A DNA stretch of 64,000 nt from Lobosporangium transversale. Its lineage: Eukaryota. Both the position numbers and the translations under genes were made by a program. Shown here piece by piece: positions 39,633 to 52,455 of this stretch. Below the pieces are notes generated by a model. The model did not search any database and was not told the origin of the DNA. It saw only the letters and a program-made list of their open reading frames with translations. The stretch's first letter is position 1. Each line of letters begins with the position of its first letter. The stretch is from NCBI RefSeq assembly GCF_002105155.1, contig NW_019028979.1, positions 62,001 to 126,000 on the forward strand, written 5' to 3'.

Positions 39633-42194
39633 ATGACGGACCAACACTATAATCCTCTCCTTTACCAGTCCCTATCCAACGGTCCTAACTCCGTGTATTC
39701 GCCCGCGCAGTCCTCGCCGGCGTCGCTGGTGGGTACACCCACCACCGCTGGATACCATCTTGGGCATATGGGCATGTATAATGGCGGCGTGCCACGTTAT
39801 CCTGTCCAAATGAACTTGGCACAAAAATTTCAGCAACAACAGCAACAACAGCAACAACAACAGCAACAACAACAACAGCAGCAGCAGCAACATCAGGCAT
39901 TGACTCATCAACACTTGCAGCAGCATAACCATCATCAGAACCAAATCCGTCAACAGACCGGTCTTTCGTCTCCAGCCACGATTCCTGCTGCACTGACGCC
40001 TCAACTTGGTGCTGCAGGTTCACATTATCAGACTCAATTGCAATACGCCACAGTTTCTCGTCAATCGTCAACTCCACACTTTAGAGCAAGAGCTGCAGCT
40101 GCTGTTGCCAGAAGTTCAGGACTGAGCTCTGCGGTGGTCATCACGGATCCAAACAATCCAAACAAGAATGCTCTTATGAACGGAGGAGAAGGTGCTGACA
40201 AAACTGGTGGGACTACTGCACCCAATCAACAGCAATGGACGACTTTAGATCTTGGAGGGATGGGGCTTAAGAACATTAGCCGGGAACTTTTCCGTTACAA
40301 CTTCTTGACCGCACTTTACATCAACCATAACAATTTACATCATCTTTCACCTGAGATCAGCCGCCTAACAGGTCTCACAATCTTGGATGCCTCGGGAAAC
40401 AAGCTAACTTCAGTGCCTCCAGAACTCGGAATGTTGACAAATCTCAAGGAGCTTTTGTTGGTGGACAATGGTCTTATCACTTTGCCTGCAGAGCTGGGTA
40501 CACTTTACCAGTTGGAGATCCTTGCCCTGGAAGGAAATCCTTTGAACGAGAGTCTTAAAAATTTATTACAGCAGGAAGGAACAAACGCTGTGATTACATA
40601 TCTCCGCGAGAATTGCCCAGGTGGGGGATTGGTTGAATGTTTTTTTTGGCCTATGATGTTTAATTTTTATTCCTCAGAATTTACAGGCGTTCACTTGAAT
40701 TGAGTAACTCAATGATATTCATTCATTTTGCAATATTCTACAAAAAAAAAAAAAAAAAAAAAAAAATGTGTATAGTTCCGTTGCCTCCACCAGAGAGAGA
40801 ATGGATCACTCTTGAAGACGATTCTGGAACTTCATCTGGCCAGGATACCTTTACCATATTCTGTTACAACATTCTGGCTGAAAACTATGCCACCCCTCAA
40901 ATGTATGGCTATACTCCCTCGTGGGCACTCACCTGGGAATATCGAAAGGAGCTTATCCTTCAGGAAATCCTTGCGTACAGTGCGGATATTGTTTGTCTCC
41001 AGGTACTGCTTAATTGACGTTGGTTTGCTGTAATTGATCGCTTTTCAGTTGTAAAATTCCAGGGATTTAACAAAGGATCATAATGAACCTTACTCTATGC
41101 TGGTTATATATATAATCTGTATATTATTAGGAAGTTGAGCTCGGCCAATTTGAGGACTACTTTAAAGATCAGATGAAGCAACAGGCTGATTACGATGGCG
41201 TCTTTTGGCCAAAGTCACGCGCAAAGACTATGCCAGAGAAGGATCGAAGAGTTGTTGATGGGTGTGCCACGTTCTTCAAGGCATCCAAGTATGACTTTCG
41301 GATCATCATGACGAATAATACGGTTGTTAATGCTCAATGATGGGGGCTTGATTGACGATAATATACTAATTCGGATTGCTTTTTTTTTTTTTTTTTTTTT
41401 TTTTTTTCTTCAGGTTCACTATGATTGACAAACACCTTGTTGAATTTAACCATATTGCGCTTCAGCGACCTGATTTCAGAAAGACAGAGGATATCTTCAA
41501 CCGTGTCATGACCAAAGATAACATCGCAGTGATCACACTCTTGGAACACAAGGATACGAAGAGCCGGGTTATTGTTGCAAATACTCATATCCATTGGGAT
41601 CCGATTTTCAAAGATGTCAAGCTTGTCCAGGTGGCGATGTTGATGGATGAACTGGACAAACTCTCGAATCAATGGGCTCATCTTCCTGTCAGCGGATCGA
41701 ACGCGCCGCCTTCAAACCCCACTGGAAAGCTACCAACACTGATCTGCGGAGATTTCAATTCTGAACGGTTCTCAGGCGTATATGAGTTTTTGGTCAAGGG
41801 GTCAGTCCCTCAGGGTCACGATGACTTTGGAGATCATGCGTATGGAACATATACTTCAGAGGGATTATCGCACAATATGACTCTTCGTTCAGCCTACAGT
41901 GAAGGAGTTGATGTGCCATTCACGAACTATACACCACCGTTTTCAGCAGTGATTGACTATATTTTCTATTCGTCCAACTTCCTCTCCGTACTTGGATTGT
42001 TGGGGGGTGTTGAAAAAGAGTACATGAGTCGTGTGGTTGGATTCCCTAATGCTCACTTTCCATCAGATCATGTCCCTATCTTGGCAGAATTCAAGTTCCG
42101 ATCACAGGTGGCACCTAAAGGCGCCACACCCAACTTTGGCACAACATCCAACGGCGGTAATAACAGGAACAGCAGCAGTAACCAAAAACAGTAG
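39633..42194 (+). CDS. CCR4: CCR4 mRNA deadenylase (polyQ, LRR and EEP nuclease). Exons approx 39633-40621, 40776-41001, 41131-41288, 41414-42194
   Basis: LRRs, YNILA, YGYTPSWAL, ADIVCLQE, NTHIHWDP, CGDFNS, IDYIFY and FPSDH. Confidence 0.97.
39831..39890 (+). repeat. CAA/CAG trinucleotide repeat encoding polyQ in CCR4
   Basis: Direct reading of the sequence. Confidence 0.9.
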
Positions 42195-42837
42195 ATTACA
42201 AAGGAAAAAAGCCGGGAAATGTGAAAAAAAAAAAAAAAAAAAAAAAAAAGGAAATGATATCTGAGGAACGACCATCTTTATTGTAGAAATGTTCCTCATT
42301 TTTGAATTCGTTGAAAGCTTTTTTTTTTTTTTTATCTGTCTCAATTTTCTGAAGCCTATGCTGGATGGAGAAGAGGGGGAAGGGGAAGTATAGGCTTTTA
42401 TTTCTTTTCTTTATTTCTTTTTCTTTTTTAGTTGGTGGAGGTTTTTTTTCTTTTCAAGTTACCCTTTTTTTTCACGGTCTGTTCATATACTTTTCTTGCA
42501 TGTGATGCTTTATTATTATTCTTATTATTATCATTATTATTATCATCTTATTTCTTTTTCGTATTCTTTCTTGTATGTAGTTTAGGTAAAAACTTTATTA
42601 AAAAAAAAAAAAAAAAAAAAGGATTTGTTTACAGCGGGGTTGTTCTTAACATTTGACACTCGTGTATTTTTGATTCACAAGAGACGGTTCGCTCGAAAAG
42701 GACACATGGAATAGGATTGAACGCATGAGGATCTTTTTTTTTATTACTTGTATTTTTCCCAAACTATCTGTTTGGTAAAATAGGTAAATCGGATATATTG
42801 AAAATTGACATGTCTATGAATGCTAGCCTTAATATTC

Positions 42838-43111
42838 TTAGTAATCCATGAATCGATCTGGGAAAACGACAGGGGCCAAAAGTGAGAACCCGTAGAGACC
42901 ATAACAGATCCAAGATGATAAGATCTTGACCCAGACAGCGGGCCAGCTCTGTCCGATCAAGATCAAATGCTCCTCACCCTCTGGCCTTTTAAATGTATTC
43001 CAGTTAGTCAAAACCATAGAGATATACATAGCAGCGATAGCAAAGACGATGTGGAAGAATGAATAGTTGTATTGGCAGCCGTTCTTCTCATCATCCCTGA
43101 CATCGTAGCTC

Positions 43112-43143
<32 letters not shown>

Positions 43144-44511
43144 TGCAGACACCGGTAGCGCTCTAGTATAATTGTTGAAAGAGATTGTAACAGAAAGATT
43201 GAAGTTAATATTAATTTTTTTTTTTTTTTTCTTCCCTCCTTGGTACGTAAAACCTTACCCGCTCTCGACAGCTGCAAGCAAAGCATCTGACCGGCGCATC
43301 GAAGACCCATTGGGGGGGCTGGTAACCATGGGCACAGCGCTATCGGAGTTGAGAGGAGCATAGTCACCATTGCTGATCATGGCTTTACCACCTTGAGTAG
43401 CGGCTCTAGATGTTGAGTATGCGACTGCCAAGAACGTGAACAAAGCCCCCATCAAAACTGTCGTTGCCCTAGTGCCTCTTGCTTTACTCAATGGATTACA
43501 GTCCAGGTTGTCATCATCCACAGGTTCATTTGCTACGGCACTGAGGACTAAATAAGTACAATAAATTACCACCATGGATGACTGCGCCAGACCAGATCTA
43601 GGATTCGCTTCCTGAACGGCAGGTAAGATACCAATGACAGTCACAGCAATGGAAAGAATAAGATTGAAAGTGATCCAAAAGATATTCTTGCTACAACCAC
43701 TGCCGGCAAAATGTCGATACATGCCCCCTGTGAGGATGATGGCGCCCAAATACATTATTAAAGTGGATCCCACAAGGATAAACTTCCATTTGTTGGTGTC
43801 AGAATCCTCCCATTTGGTGATACAGGTCTCAGACCAGGTGTGTGCAAAGTCGACAAGCAGGATCAATCCAAAGAGAATAAAGACTGTTGCGCCGATTAAT
43901 GCCACGTAGTTGCCATAAAACATGATGAATCCTGTAGGAATGAAGAATGATGCAATCACAAGTGCAATCCATGCCAATACTTTTGGACCCCACCATCTAA
44001 TTATTACAACAGCAGCATTTTTTTTAAAAAAAAAAAAAAAAAAAAAAGTTAGTTCGGCTCTATCGTGTTGACCACTGCAACTCTTTATACAAATATTATA
44101 AATACATAAGGATGTCTGCTATCATGTATAATAGAAGTACATACCCGTTCTGGATAGCAGCTCTCTTCGAGCGCGAATCGTGGACTCCAACCAATAATCC
44201 CGCCAAGATAAAGTGAAATAACGCTAACGCGAACCCGACCCGCTGAACCTAAAGTTGATATTAATGTTGTCGATGCGAATAAGATTATGAGGAGGCATTA
44301 GTGTGTGCACATCCTGCGAATGTAAATCGTCATATGTCCCTCTTTCCCCTGTGTGTCGTGTGATTCCAATTGTTTCTATGATAATAATATAATTACTTAC
44401 ACCCAAAGTACCATAGCATGATGCATCCTCACATTTAAGTCTAAGATACCCATGAGTAACACTCTCTAACTGCTTTGATGCCCAATCTGAGAGTAAGATC
44501 CAAGCCAGCTA

Positions 44512-44543
<32 letters not shown>

Positions 44544-44912
44544 AAATGAAAAACATCAGTAAGTAAACTAAAAAAAAAAAAAAAAAAAAAGTCTTGGCGT
44601 ATAGAAATGAAGAATCAAGACAATGCGATTATTTACCAGAGAGTTTACAAGCATAATGAGCTAATTAAACATAAAAAAAAGGGCAAGGCCCTTGGTGTCA
44701 GTCATTACGAGTTCAATCTCTAAAAAAAGCTGTCTTTTTTTTTTTTTTTTTTTTTTTTGTCTTACAGCGTAGCCTACTCGTGTGGCGATCGAATTGTTGC
44801 AATTGCATGACCGACATGCGAGAGAACATGCAGCAGCGGAGAAGCATGAGACCAGAATAGATCCAACGCTTCCAAGCGCAGGCAATGCGAGGCAACTTAT
44901 TGCTGCACCCAT
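42838..44912 (-). CDS. TMS1: Serinc/TMS1 (TDE) membrane protein, 6 exons including a 24-nt micro-exon (44660-44637)
   Basis: MGAAISC N-terminus, SIATRVGYA, RAAIQNGWWGPK, LLVDFAHTW, NPRSGLAQSS, YNYSFFH and APVVFPDR. Confidence 0.95.
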
Positions 44913-45436
44913 GTTGTTGCTTTATCGGTGATGACGATGTGGCCAAATAAACGTCCTGAATTGCAAGGAAAAAAGAAAAAAAAAAAAAAAAAAAAGGGAT
45001 GTCGAAGTTGATGGAAAGAGAGAGGGAGAAAGTGAGGGGAAGTGTGAGTGTGAGGGAGAGTGTGAGAGTGAGAGTGAGAGAGAGAAAGAGAGAGAGAAAG
45101 AGAGAGTGGGTGAATGTGTATTGAAGAAACAATGAAACATTGTGGACAATGAATCAAGTGGCGGGAACAAGGTCGAATCGAGTCACTCACGTGCACACCT
45201 CAAAAGTAGATTATTCAAGTTACACGCACAGACTTAGACTTAAAAAGTGAGCTTTTTTTATCCTAACTCTAAAGATCCAAAGAGCTTGAATGGCATTAAC
45301 AAATTAACGACATTGAAAGTTCAATATCAGAGAGAATCGAGAATGACACTTGTCGGTGGTGAATCACATATAATGTGGCACAATGTTCTAAAGCAAAAGT
45401 AGAAGTTAGACCTGAATCGCCGTTTAGTTCGTCTGT

Positions 45437-45495
45437 CTGCTTGCCTGCTTGCCTGCTTGCCTGCTTGCCTGCTTGCCTGCTTGCCTGCTTGCCTG
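45437..45495. repeat. (CTGCTTGC)n octanucleotide tandem repeat, about 7 perfect units
   Basis: Direct reading; lies in the divergent intergenic region between the Serinc and F-box genes. Confidence 0.95.
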
Positions 45496-46012
45496 TATTC
45501 TCGATTGAATGATGGTGAGGGGCAGAATAAATAATACAGTACATTGAGAATCAAAGATGTGATTGGAAGTAGAAACATATTAAAGATAAAATCTGGGCGC
45601 AGCCAGTTTGGATTCTGCTTGGCGACATTCTTCAAACAGTACATTTGCATGTGTTATTGAATGTGCAATTGGTCATCATGATATTTGTACACATCATGAT
45701 AAAATAGTAAGACCCGCTTAGGCTTGTAAAAAAAAATGGGTCAGATTGTGCTCTTCGGGTAACGAAATTCATCTCACATTTTATCTGATTACACAATGTC
45801 ACTCTTTTTTATCGCTTTATTGCAGTGACAGAGAAAAGTCACTCTCAAACGAGACAATGAGTTGCGCCTTGTTCAATTGAATTTCTTCTTTTCTTTTCAT
45901 TTCATTTCACTTCATTCCATCATTCTTCATTGCATATTTGGATATACTTCAACCTTAATTTTTGCACCTCTTTAAACAAGCACATAGAACAATTGCTATT
46001 GTTGTTATATCG

Positions 46013-47173
46013 ATGCAATGCCAGGCATTCATTCATTCTCTCCCTACAGAGATCTTAGCAGCCATCTTCGGATATGAAGGCCTTGCCGATATCACACGCC
46101 AGGTATGCAAACGTTGGCGCGCGATTGCTTTGCCTATCTGGCTAAAACGACTGGTTCTCCTTCCAAGTGACCCTTTCAAGGATTTAGGGATTTTTCAATA
46201 CCTGCAACATCTAAGTCTGGATCTTCGTCTTTCAGTCCGTGCCCTCGAAATCACCTCACGACGAGATTTTGATCTGGCAAACAACAGTGTCTTCTATACC
46301 GAAGTTGCAGATCAGGCATGTGTTCAAAACGCGATCAAGACTCAATCGCTCCTAGGACCCAGGATCATGGATCTCACTTTGACAGACACAGGATGGGCCC
46401 CTGAAAGCCTCAGGGACATTCTACGCATGAACCTCATGACGACTGATCATCTCCATCATTTCCAAATCTCACTTTTTAAAACCGAGTCTCATGATATGCC
46501 GGACCTAATGGATTCAATAGTTGACCTCTACCGACGTGACGCATGCCATATCAAGTCACTTGTCTTGGATCTTGCCCAGCCTTTGACTATGGACCATTGG
46601 GAAGCTATCGCAGAATGTATAGAGTTACAGTCCTTCCACCTTGGGCTCCATCGGATATCTGAACCAATCTTAACTGATGTTCTAGAGAGGATCTTCCCTA
46701 AATGGACGAATCTTTGTGCCTTGTACATATGTCAGCCACGGTTTCTCTCTGCAGAAACACTTCGTTGTTTATACAAGTATTTACCGCATCCTGACCAACT
46801 ACATGAGCTTCATTTAATTTTTGAGGCATGCCAGGCATCCTTATATGAACAGGAATTCATCGAGATGATCCATACAATGCCTAATCTCCAGATCTTGGAA
46901 GCCCATCTGGATTGGTCAAACCTGATGATGAAACATGTGGCTGTGACACTATCAGATCTTCGGGAGCTGTCCATAACTTGCTCGAATCTACACTTTACCT
47001 GTGCAGGGATTTCATCGACTGTTTGGGGCCCTGGACTCGAAAAACTGAATATGAGGACGTCAGGAAAGATTTGTGGGGGATTTTTAGAAGCCGTGCGGAA
47101 AAGGTCGAGACGCGTCAAGATTCTAGTTTATGGATCAATGAAATGGGGAGGCTCGGTGGATGAATGGGAGTGA
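46013..47173 (+). CDS. F-box protein with RNI-like/LRR C-terminus, intronless
   Basis: F-box-like IHSLPTEILAAIF...RQVCKRWR followed by LxxLxL repeats (LQSFHL, LCALYI, LHELHL, PNLQILE, LRELSI). Confidence 0.8.
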   Translation: MQCQAFIHSLPTEILAAIFGYEGLADITRQVCKRWRAIALPIWLKRLVLLPSDPFKDLGIFQYLQHLSLDLRLSVRALEITSRRDFDLANNSVFYTEVADQACVQNAIKTQSLLGPRIMDLTLTDTGWAPESLRDILRMNLMTTDHLHHFQISLFKTESHDMPDLMDSIVDLYRRDACHIKSLVLDLAQPLTMDHWEAIAECIELQSFHLGLHRISEPILTDVLERIFPKWTNLCALYICQPRFLSAETLRCLYKYLPHPDQLHELHLIFEACQASLYEQEFIEMIHTMPNLQILEAHLDWSNLMMKHVAVTLSDLRELSITCSNLHFTCAGISSTVWGPGLEKLNMRTSGKICGGFLEAVRKRSRRVKILVYGSMKWGGSVDEWE

Positions 47174-48164
47174 AAGTTGAATAGTAATGATAAATTTTAT
47201 AAATAGCTATATTAGATGAATGCAATACTCGGTTGATTCAGTGCCCATGACTCCATCAATTATGTAGATTGGATAGACTAGCAGTAACATTGGCTCAAAT
47301 TGTTATGGCAGCCTTGATCTGCAAACTACTACACACGCAAACCCCGTTACGACTCATGTTACACAATGCAGGAAGAGAGACAATTGTACAAGCCCTGAGT
47401 TAACAATCTTACAAATCCATGGGCTTAATGAACCTTGTTTAAGAGATCAACACTTCTTTGCAACGCTCGCAAGCTTAAAGCTATGGGCCCATGATGTACG
47501 GTTTACTTTCGAAGCAATGTTTCACGGGACCAGCTACGATACTTTTACTGGAGGCATACATGTCCAGAAGGAGGGCATGGTCGGCACCTTGGCCAGGCGT
47601 CTGGACCACAATGGGGACGTTTGGAGTAGAATTTCGAGTAATTTGTGCCTGAGCTATGACTTATCTCCAACAAAAGCAACAGTAACAATAGCTCGAGCCA
47701 TCTAAAAAGAAAGTCTGAGGGTCTATTCAAGTTTACGTTAATCAATGCATAACCAAGTTTATGTCTAGACCAGGCATTTGTAATCCTTGAAGCTGTGCTC
47801 ACAACATTATTGCCGATTCAACAATATCACTTCAACCCATGCCCACACAGTCCTCTGCTACATTTCGACATTCGGTGGTAAACAGCAGTTTCTTGATGAG
47901 TAGTCACGACATGTAGTCCAAATTGTTTAATAAAAAAAAAAAAGACGCGTGCAGGGCACGCACCTTGTGTAACAAATGAAATTTAGCGGAGATGACACAA
48001 AGAACCCTTCATGGACATTTTTATTAAGGTGTGTGCAAAAAGAAGGGAAAAAAAACGCAAAGAATAAAGGAAAAGAACTGTTACCGACCAATGTCGTGCA
48101 AGTTTAAAGGCTTGTCAAAAAAAGAAAAAAAAGAAATACATTTCTGGATTGCAAACGCGAAGAT

Positions 48165-48197
<33 letters not shown>

Positions 48198-48209
48198 CCT
48201 GTTCTCCTC

Positions 48210-48582
48210 TCATTCAGATACTCCAGCAGCTTCTTCTGCAGACCGGGCTGCATGCTCAGTGCCGCGTCCGACAGTACGCTGGAGTTCACGCTTCTGGCCT
48301 GGACCCATGATGGCACCGACCACATAAGATGTCAACGAATAACCTGCATACACAACCGCTCCAAACAGACCTAAAGCGCCCGTAATCAGAAGGACGAGTC
48401 CCAATGCTGGCAAAAGGAAGGCAGATGCGAACATGGCAAAGCCGCCCTAATTATATTATTATTTATAATAGTAGTATTAAGAAAAAAAAATTAAAGTTGT
48501 AAAGCCATAAGGTAAAAGATAAAAGGTGTTTTCGTATGAATATTCTGATCAGTTCAAATCAGCTATCTGCTAACATTGCATC

Positions 48583-48630
<48 letters not shown>

Positions 48631-48926
48631 CCTGCCTCGACAATTGTGAACGCGATGCCCCCGACAATCAAACATCCCAGTGTGACAACACCCATGAACC
48701 CGGCGAAACAGGCCAAGGGAACTGCACTGAGGATGAAGAAGGACATCAAGGTGATTCGAATCAACATGGGCGCGCTCGAATACTTTTGACGAACCCAGTT
48801 GACAGTTGGCATGATATAGTTTTGCACAATCCCAGACCGTCTCACAGTATCAAGTGTGCTACGAGCTTTCTCTTGGAGTTCCTCCGACTCATCCATCATT
48901 TCACGAGCAGATGATGAGCTGGCCAT
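48210..48926 (-). CDS. Promethin/LDAF1-like lipid-droplet membrane protein. Exons 48926-48636 and 48446-48210
   Basis: Long hydrophobic hairpin FFILSAVPLACFAGF...FTIVEGGFAMFASAFLLPAL, typical of the promethin family. The frame requires a GC-AG intron. Confidence 0.7.
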
Positions 48927-49400
48927 CTTGATAGGTAATAGTAGTAGACGTAGTAGTCGTAGTTCTGACTCTTACCCAAAACTTACGCACGTGTTCTAGC
49001 TCGTATGCAGATTCAGGAAAGAGGCGCAGAACGGGGAGTTTGGTACTCTTGGATTTGGGCTGGAGAGTAAGCGATAGGGAGAGATAGAAGTGATACTTTG
49101 GATAGTGACAGGACGCCAAGGATAGAAGAAAAAGAAAAAAAGAAAGAGGAGAGAAAGTGAAAAGAGCCTTTCGTGAAGGCTTCTCAGCTATGACTGATAT
49201 CAGTGTCTTTCAAAGAAATCACAAAATGATATTTCCATTTTGATTAATGCAACTTGCTCCTGTATGACAGATCTCGGTAAGAAAAAGAAAAAAAACTTTC
49301 ATCAGTCGCGTGAAAATGGTAAGGTGTATCAAAAAAAAAGTGTGGTCATATATATTTCCTATATTTCTCTTCTTTTAAAAATAAATATGAATACATGTCA

Positions 49401-51771
49401 TCAGCGTGCTTGTTGGGTAGCTGGCGCAAGCCTCTTATCCAAACCAATAAAAGCTCCCCTATTACCACGTCGTGTAAACTGCTTGTAATTAGACTTCAAC
49501 CGATTTGAGATTTGCTCCATCAATTTCTGTTGATTGTCGCCAGATTGTATTGAAGTCAAAACTGAGGTCATTTGAAGCATTCTAGAAGCAGTGTCTGTCA
49601 CTGGAATAGATGCATCAAAATCCGTGAAAAGCTTTGCAAACACAGCTATAGATTAAGACAAAGATAGCGTTAGAGCAAAGCACAAAGAGCAAACTCAATG
49701 GTGTCATCATCAAGTATAGCAATAAATCTCGATTTTATGCAGCTTACCTTCAAGTCGAGTTCCCATGGGGAGAATAACCAAGTCTCTAAAGCCAGTCAAG
49801 GCCATGGTTCGCACATTCTCTGGTTCCAAATCATCATGATTCCGTTCAGATTCGGTCACAACTGACTTTGGACTAGCACCAACCATTGCACTATTACCAC
49901 CTGTGCCTGTGCCATTGGTGCTTAGCGTACTCAATCCACCATTGCTACCATTGTTACTTGCGCTCTGAGTCAAATTTCCAAAGCCTCCGCCTCCATTTGT
50001 GCTACTGCCCGTCGCTTTCCGTGTCATCTTTTTAGAATGGCACGTTTTGAGTTCAATCTGGAGTGGAAGAAAAACACCTTCAAAATACGGAAGAACCGTG
50101 CCGAAAAAGAAGGACCACACCTCTACTAAACGTGACACCAACTTTTCATCAGGGACATCTCCTAACTTGGCATTCAGGGTCAGCATTCCATTCTTGAGTA
50201 ACTCATTAATTTCATTGCATAAAGCAAACGCAGTCCTTTTCTGTAGACATCCCCTACATGGTGAAAGAATATGGATTGAACATGCTGAGTCACATTTGTT
50301 TTTCAGAAACATTCAAACATTGATATTTGTCAGAGCGGCAAATATTGTAAAAAGCAGGGAGGCATGGGATTTGCAATAATGTCTAGAAATGGTCTTACTT
50401 AACAAGATCATTTAGATCCTCAATAGCTCCTGTTAAGCCCTGTCCGTTGAAAAGAGTCAAAACCTTGATACAGAGTGCTTGCCAGACATCCTCGGTAGCA
50501 TGGCCTTGAGCCATTTCCCGCGCCATGACCTTTGCGTCCAAACTTGAGTGGTTATTTCTACTCATTGTTGGTGATGTCATGTAATGATGAGAGCTTCCCC
50601 CTACAGGGCTTGTAATACTACCTGTGGATGAATATGCTCTATCAATGGCCACAGAGGAATGTGCACCGGTTGGGGGCTGCTGCTTCCGGGTATTGATTGA
50701 TGAAAGAGGCCCTCCGCCACCACCATTGCTACTACTTCCAGATTTCTTACCAGCCTTCTGCTGGCTGCTGGATGAAGAGGATGAAATGTCACCATGCGAC
50801 TTGGCGCCCTTCTTGGATCCCGGGTATAGTTTCTTCCCTGTTGTAGGAAGGGTTTCTGTTAAGAAGCTACTAGCAGACATACCACCAAAAGTGTGCTTTT
50901 CCTTCTTGGGTTTCTGAGTGGGCGGCTGCTGTTGAATGTCAGTTTGACTTTGGTATGACGGCGGAAGAGGATATGATTGATGCTGTGCAGTTGGTGAAGG
51001 TTGATTAAGATGGACAGGAGACGACAGGCTTGCAGGAGAGGTAAACCCCCCGCCACTGCTACTGACACTGGTGGATACCATTGGGTGAGCATGCGGTCGC
51101 ATTGGTGGCGAAGCCCAGTTTGGGAGTATGGTTCCAACCGGTGAATCAGCGCCACCCTGGCCATCAGTTGTGTCATTAGGACTTGAGAGGTATGTTGATC
51201 CTTGACTTTGAGGTAGAAGCGTTGTATTGGTGCGAATGGTAGGGTGATTCGTACTAGTCAGAGTAGACATTGATGATGCCAAAGCATTATCACTACTGTT
51301 GGCTCTACCTACGTTGCCACCCATGCTCCCAAAGGGCGGTGGCGGAGTGTATGGGAATTGACCGCTACTTTCGCTCAGAGTTCGACCCGACATAGCATAG
51401 CCATGATGGCTGTTAGAGCTTTGAGTCCTACTATGGTTCCTAGCCTTGCTCGGACCCTGGTTCTGATTCAGGCCCCTGCTCCCAACCCCCGCAATAAAAC
51501 TGGCACTTCCATCAAGATTGTTCTGACTCCGGTGAACAAGACTGCTAAGAATAGATTCGCTACCAAGATGCTGATGAATAGGTAATGACCCTGAAGATGA
51601 GAACGATGATGTGGTGGTAGAGTTGAGGCTATGCGGTGACCCTTGTGCAAGTAGGTCATGGTGAGCAACAGTGGATAGTGATACTTCATGATTCCCGGGA
51701 GCGGAGGCAAGTGAATCGACTGAAGCAGACACCGAGCCTGGGCTCGGGAATGATTTCGAACTAGGATGCAT
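49401..51771 (-). CDS. HbrB-domain protein (Bit61/PRR5/Protor-like, TORC2-associated). Exons 51771-50399, 50253-49748, 49645-49401
   Basis: VWQALCIKVLTLFNGQGL..IEDLNDLV, LVEVWSFFFGTVLPYFEGVFLPLQ, VRTMALTGFRDLVILP and RMLQMTSVL. Confidence 0.88.
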
Positions 51772-51955
51772 GCAGAATAAATGTTACTTGTGAAAGTTAA
51801 TGGTTGCTGTCAATGAGTGATAAGGAGTATAGCGTCCTGGTGGAATGCGCTCATATCACGTGGAAGATATCCAACCAGGCACAATTTAGACTAGCAGTAG
51901 CCCGTGCGATGCACAGGTGTGAATTTTTGAACAAAATAATTTATTATTTTTATTT

Positions 51956-52455
51956 TTATACTAATTGGAGAACGCTCTTGTATACAATGTTCCTTGTATA
52001 AACACCTTCAAACCCAGGAAATATGCCATTGTCTATTAAAACCCTCAGATCTCTTGGATTGGAGCAGCGTGATAGTGCAACATACAGTTGACCATGAGTA
52101 AACACGGGAGCAGGGAGATAAATACCCACCTTCTCAAGAGTTTGCCCCTGCGACTTGTTAATTGTCATAGCGAATGCTGGCTTGATGGGGAATTGATACC
52201 GTGTAAACTTCACAGGTGATGTTTGGTCATCATCAGCAGTTGTCAGGGGGATGCGCGGAATAAACACTCTTTTTCCTTTTAAAGCGCCTGTGATAACTTC
52301 TGCTTCCATGCATCTTGAGGTAAGACCACGCACAATAAGTCGGGTACCATTACACAATCCACGCTTGGCGTTCATATTCCTTAACAACATGATAGGCTGG
52401 CCGATCTTTAGTAGCAGCTTAAATGGTAACTTAAAACCTCTAGGATGAATGGAAG
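51956..52455 (-). pseudogene. C-terminal fragment of the Helitron Pif1-like helicase
   Basis: LKIGQPIMLLRN, GLCNGTRL, QFPIKPAFAMTINKSQGQT, FTHGQLYVALSR and TRNIVY. Confidence 0.92.

Noticed and set aside
32584..51771. Nutrient-regulation gene cluster (CreA, NmrA-like, CCR4, Bit61) or lipid cluster (GUP1, AYR1-like, LDAF1-like)
   Set aside because: The genes are interspersed with unrelated ones, and the sequence gives no evidence of co-regulation; probably coincidence unless synteny is shown.
51956..52390. Host PIF1 helicase gene
   Set aside because: It is only the C-terminal fragment, bounded by Helitron termini and fused to a Helitron N-terminal piece.
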